From Scyliorhinus canicula (lineage: Eukaryota): 64,000 nt of DNA. Location: positions 86,509,270-86,573,269 of the forward strand of contig NC_052150.1 in NCBI RefSeq assembly GCF_902713615.1, written 5' to 3'. The position numbers were made by a program, and so were the translations under genes. Under the pieces are notes generated by a model. The model searched no databases, was not told the origin of the DNA, and saw only the letters and a list, made by a program, of their open reading frames with translations. Positions 62,001 through 64,000 of the stretch are shown piece after piece (the first letter of the stretch is position 1; the number at the start of each line of letters is the position of its first letter).

Positions 62001-63453
62001 GTTGATTCTGCTTAGCTTGCTGTTGAAAGACGTCCTCGTATCTTCTTAGAACATCCTGAAGGGCACAGTTGGAAGTTAAAAACATTTCTAGGCAATTGAG
62101 TTTGATTTGTTGTAACCAGTCCCTCCCATTAGGCTGGCTCTGCGCCCTTCCATGACAACCAGGGGTAGATGGGCCTCTTGCTCATTGTTAGCTACTGGTG
62201 CGATGGTGGTCTCAAGGATTTTCAGGGTTTCCCCAGTTTAAGTGGAAAGCTTGGCTGTGATGCTATTCAAGTTTAAAGTTTGAGCTCCATCACGAATATA
62301 CATTTTAACCCCAGGTGCTCAAGCATCCTCCAGTGGTATAAAACATTTGCCCCTCCACTACTTTCACTGATGCCCCAGTGTCAACTTCCTTTTTAAAGAG
62401 TTTACCATTCACACTTAGGGTGATTTCAATGGGGGCTGTATTGTTTATCTGGACTATCAACAATGGCGCTGCGGACTGCTACAACTGTTGTTTTTTTTCG
62501 CATTGGCTCACTCTACCTTGCGTGGCAAATTGCTTGAATATGTTCTCTGCGATTACAATAGAAACAAACTTACGATAATGGTAAATCTTGCAGGGATAGT
62601 CTCCCCACACAACGATAGCAATTCACCTCTGTCTTAGGTTGACGACCTGTTCTTTCCCAGATCCTTTTACTCCAGTCCAGTCCAGCAGACCGTGTCTGGT
62701 TCTGCCCTGTGCCTGTTGATTCTGCTGTGCACCTTGAGACCAGACTGTCCCATACCTGACTTCCCCTTCATCCATGCTTTGGAGATCAGTGGCGCTTTTT
62801 CAGCGCACTCCATTGCCTGAGCTATCTCAATCGCTTTTTCCAACATAATAGTAGTTTCAGCCAGGTGTTCTTTTGGATATTGAGGTTATGGATTCCACAA
62901 ACTAAGCAGTCCCGTAGCATGTCGCTAAACATGATCCTGAACCCTCAATGCTTCCTCCGCGAGCTGGAAAGGTCTGGCTATGAAGGCTGAGTTGGAGTCT
63001 TCAGTGTCCCTAACAGCGGGATCACATTTATTCTGGATGATTTATTCTGGATGATTGAGGGCCTGGGGTTAAAATGTTCCTTGACCAACTTGACCATCTG
63101 GTCAAAGGGCTTTGAGTCGGGTGCCTCCAGAGACGTGAGATTCCTTATCAAATTATAGGTATGGGGCCCACAAACTGTCAGAATATCACCTTCTGCTTGT
63201 CTTCCCCAGTGAATAAGTAGTAGAGTGTTTGATGTACAGGCTCCAATCTTCAGCCCCTTGGTCAACGGGTCTAGTTTACCGAAAATTGGCATTTTCACTC
63301 ACGTTTTGATGGTTTCCGACTCTCGTTGGCCTTTCTTCTTTTTTTCAAATGCTCCTTCCTTCCTCGAATCACAAAGTACTGCAGGTTGTGATTAAACCTT
63401 TTACCTCGTTGCCAATGTAGTAGTTCAAGATAATGCTCGGGAGGCTTCCAGCA
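59093..63453 (-). mobile_element. Old, nearly full-length Gypsy retrotransposon
   Basis: gag MPIFGKLDP..ILTVCG..EHFNPRPS; protease VDTGAS (about 62380); RT DRYLIP.IEDLY..AYLQLEL..LPFGI; RNase H FASRIL..NYAQIEKEGLA; integrase DAHSKW; PPT ggcggaggga next to the LTR end at 59311; PBS tggcaacgagg (63404-63414) beside the 5' LTR stub starting at 63416. Confidence 0.88.
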
Positions 63454-63461
63454 TAGGGGTT

Positions 63462-64000
63462 CATTTGGAGTTTAAGACTAGGGAGGTTATGTTGCAATTG
63501 TATAAGGTGTTAGTGAGGCCACACCTGGAGTATTGTGCTCAGTTTTGGTCTCCTTACTTGAGAAAGGACATACTGGCACTGGAGGGTGTGCAGAGGAGAT
63601 TCACTAGGTTAATCCCAGAGCTGAAGGGGTTGGATTATGAGGAGAGGTTGAGTAGACTGGGACTGTACTCGTTAAAATTTAGAAGGATGAGGGGGGTTCT
63701 TATAGAAACATTTAAAATTATGAAGGGAATAGATAGGATATATACGGCCAGGTTGTTTCCACTGGCGGGTGAAAGCAGAACTAGGGGACATAGCCTCAAA
63801 ATAAGGGGAAGTAGATTTAGGACTGAGTTTAGGAGGAACTTCTTCACCCAAAGGGTTGTGAATCTATGGAATTCCTTGCCCAGTGAAGCAGTTGCTTCAT
63901 TAAATATTTTTAAGGTAAAGATAGATAGTTTTTTGAAGAATAAAGGGATTAAGGGTTATGGTGTTCGGGCCGGAAAGTGGAGCTGAGTCCACAAAAGATC
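63462..64000 (+). mobile_element. CR1 LINE 3' fragment (open ORF2 C-terminus), running off the window
   Basis: ORF 63465-63986 LYKVLVRPHLEYCAQFWSP..TRGHSLKI..FFTQRVVNLWNSLP. Confidence 0.95.

Overview
Repeat-dominated eukaryotic DNA, most likely intronic or intergenic shark (elasmobranch) sequence. The taxon is inferred from HE1-like SINEs sharing tails with CR1 LINEs and a SacSINE1-like Deu-domain SINE. I found no intact host gene, RNA gene or CRISPR array. The window opens with about 4.9 kb of a 55/56-bp CpG-rich satellite that appears to have grown out of the left arm of a small inverted-repeat element. The rest is nested, decayed transposons: CR1, Rex1/Babar, Tx1 and RTE LINEs; Penelope remnants with hammerhead-ribozyme motifs; three Gypsy remnants and several solo LTRs with 5-bp TSDs; PIF/Harbinger elements (transposase plus intron-containing Myb/SANT partner) and their MITEs; hAT MITEs with 8-bp TSDs, one family carrying a captured SINE tail; and about a dozen SINEs. 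The best non-TE signals are a dense cluster of RFX X-box-like motifs (about 27.54-27.76 kb) and a perfect 14-bp-stem hairpin at 5014-5074. Nothing here convincingly qualifies as a new biological system. All family assignments come from motif recognition by eye, not database searches.
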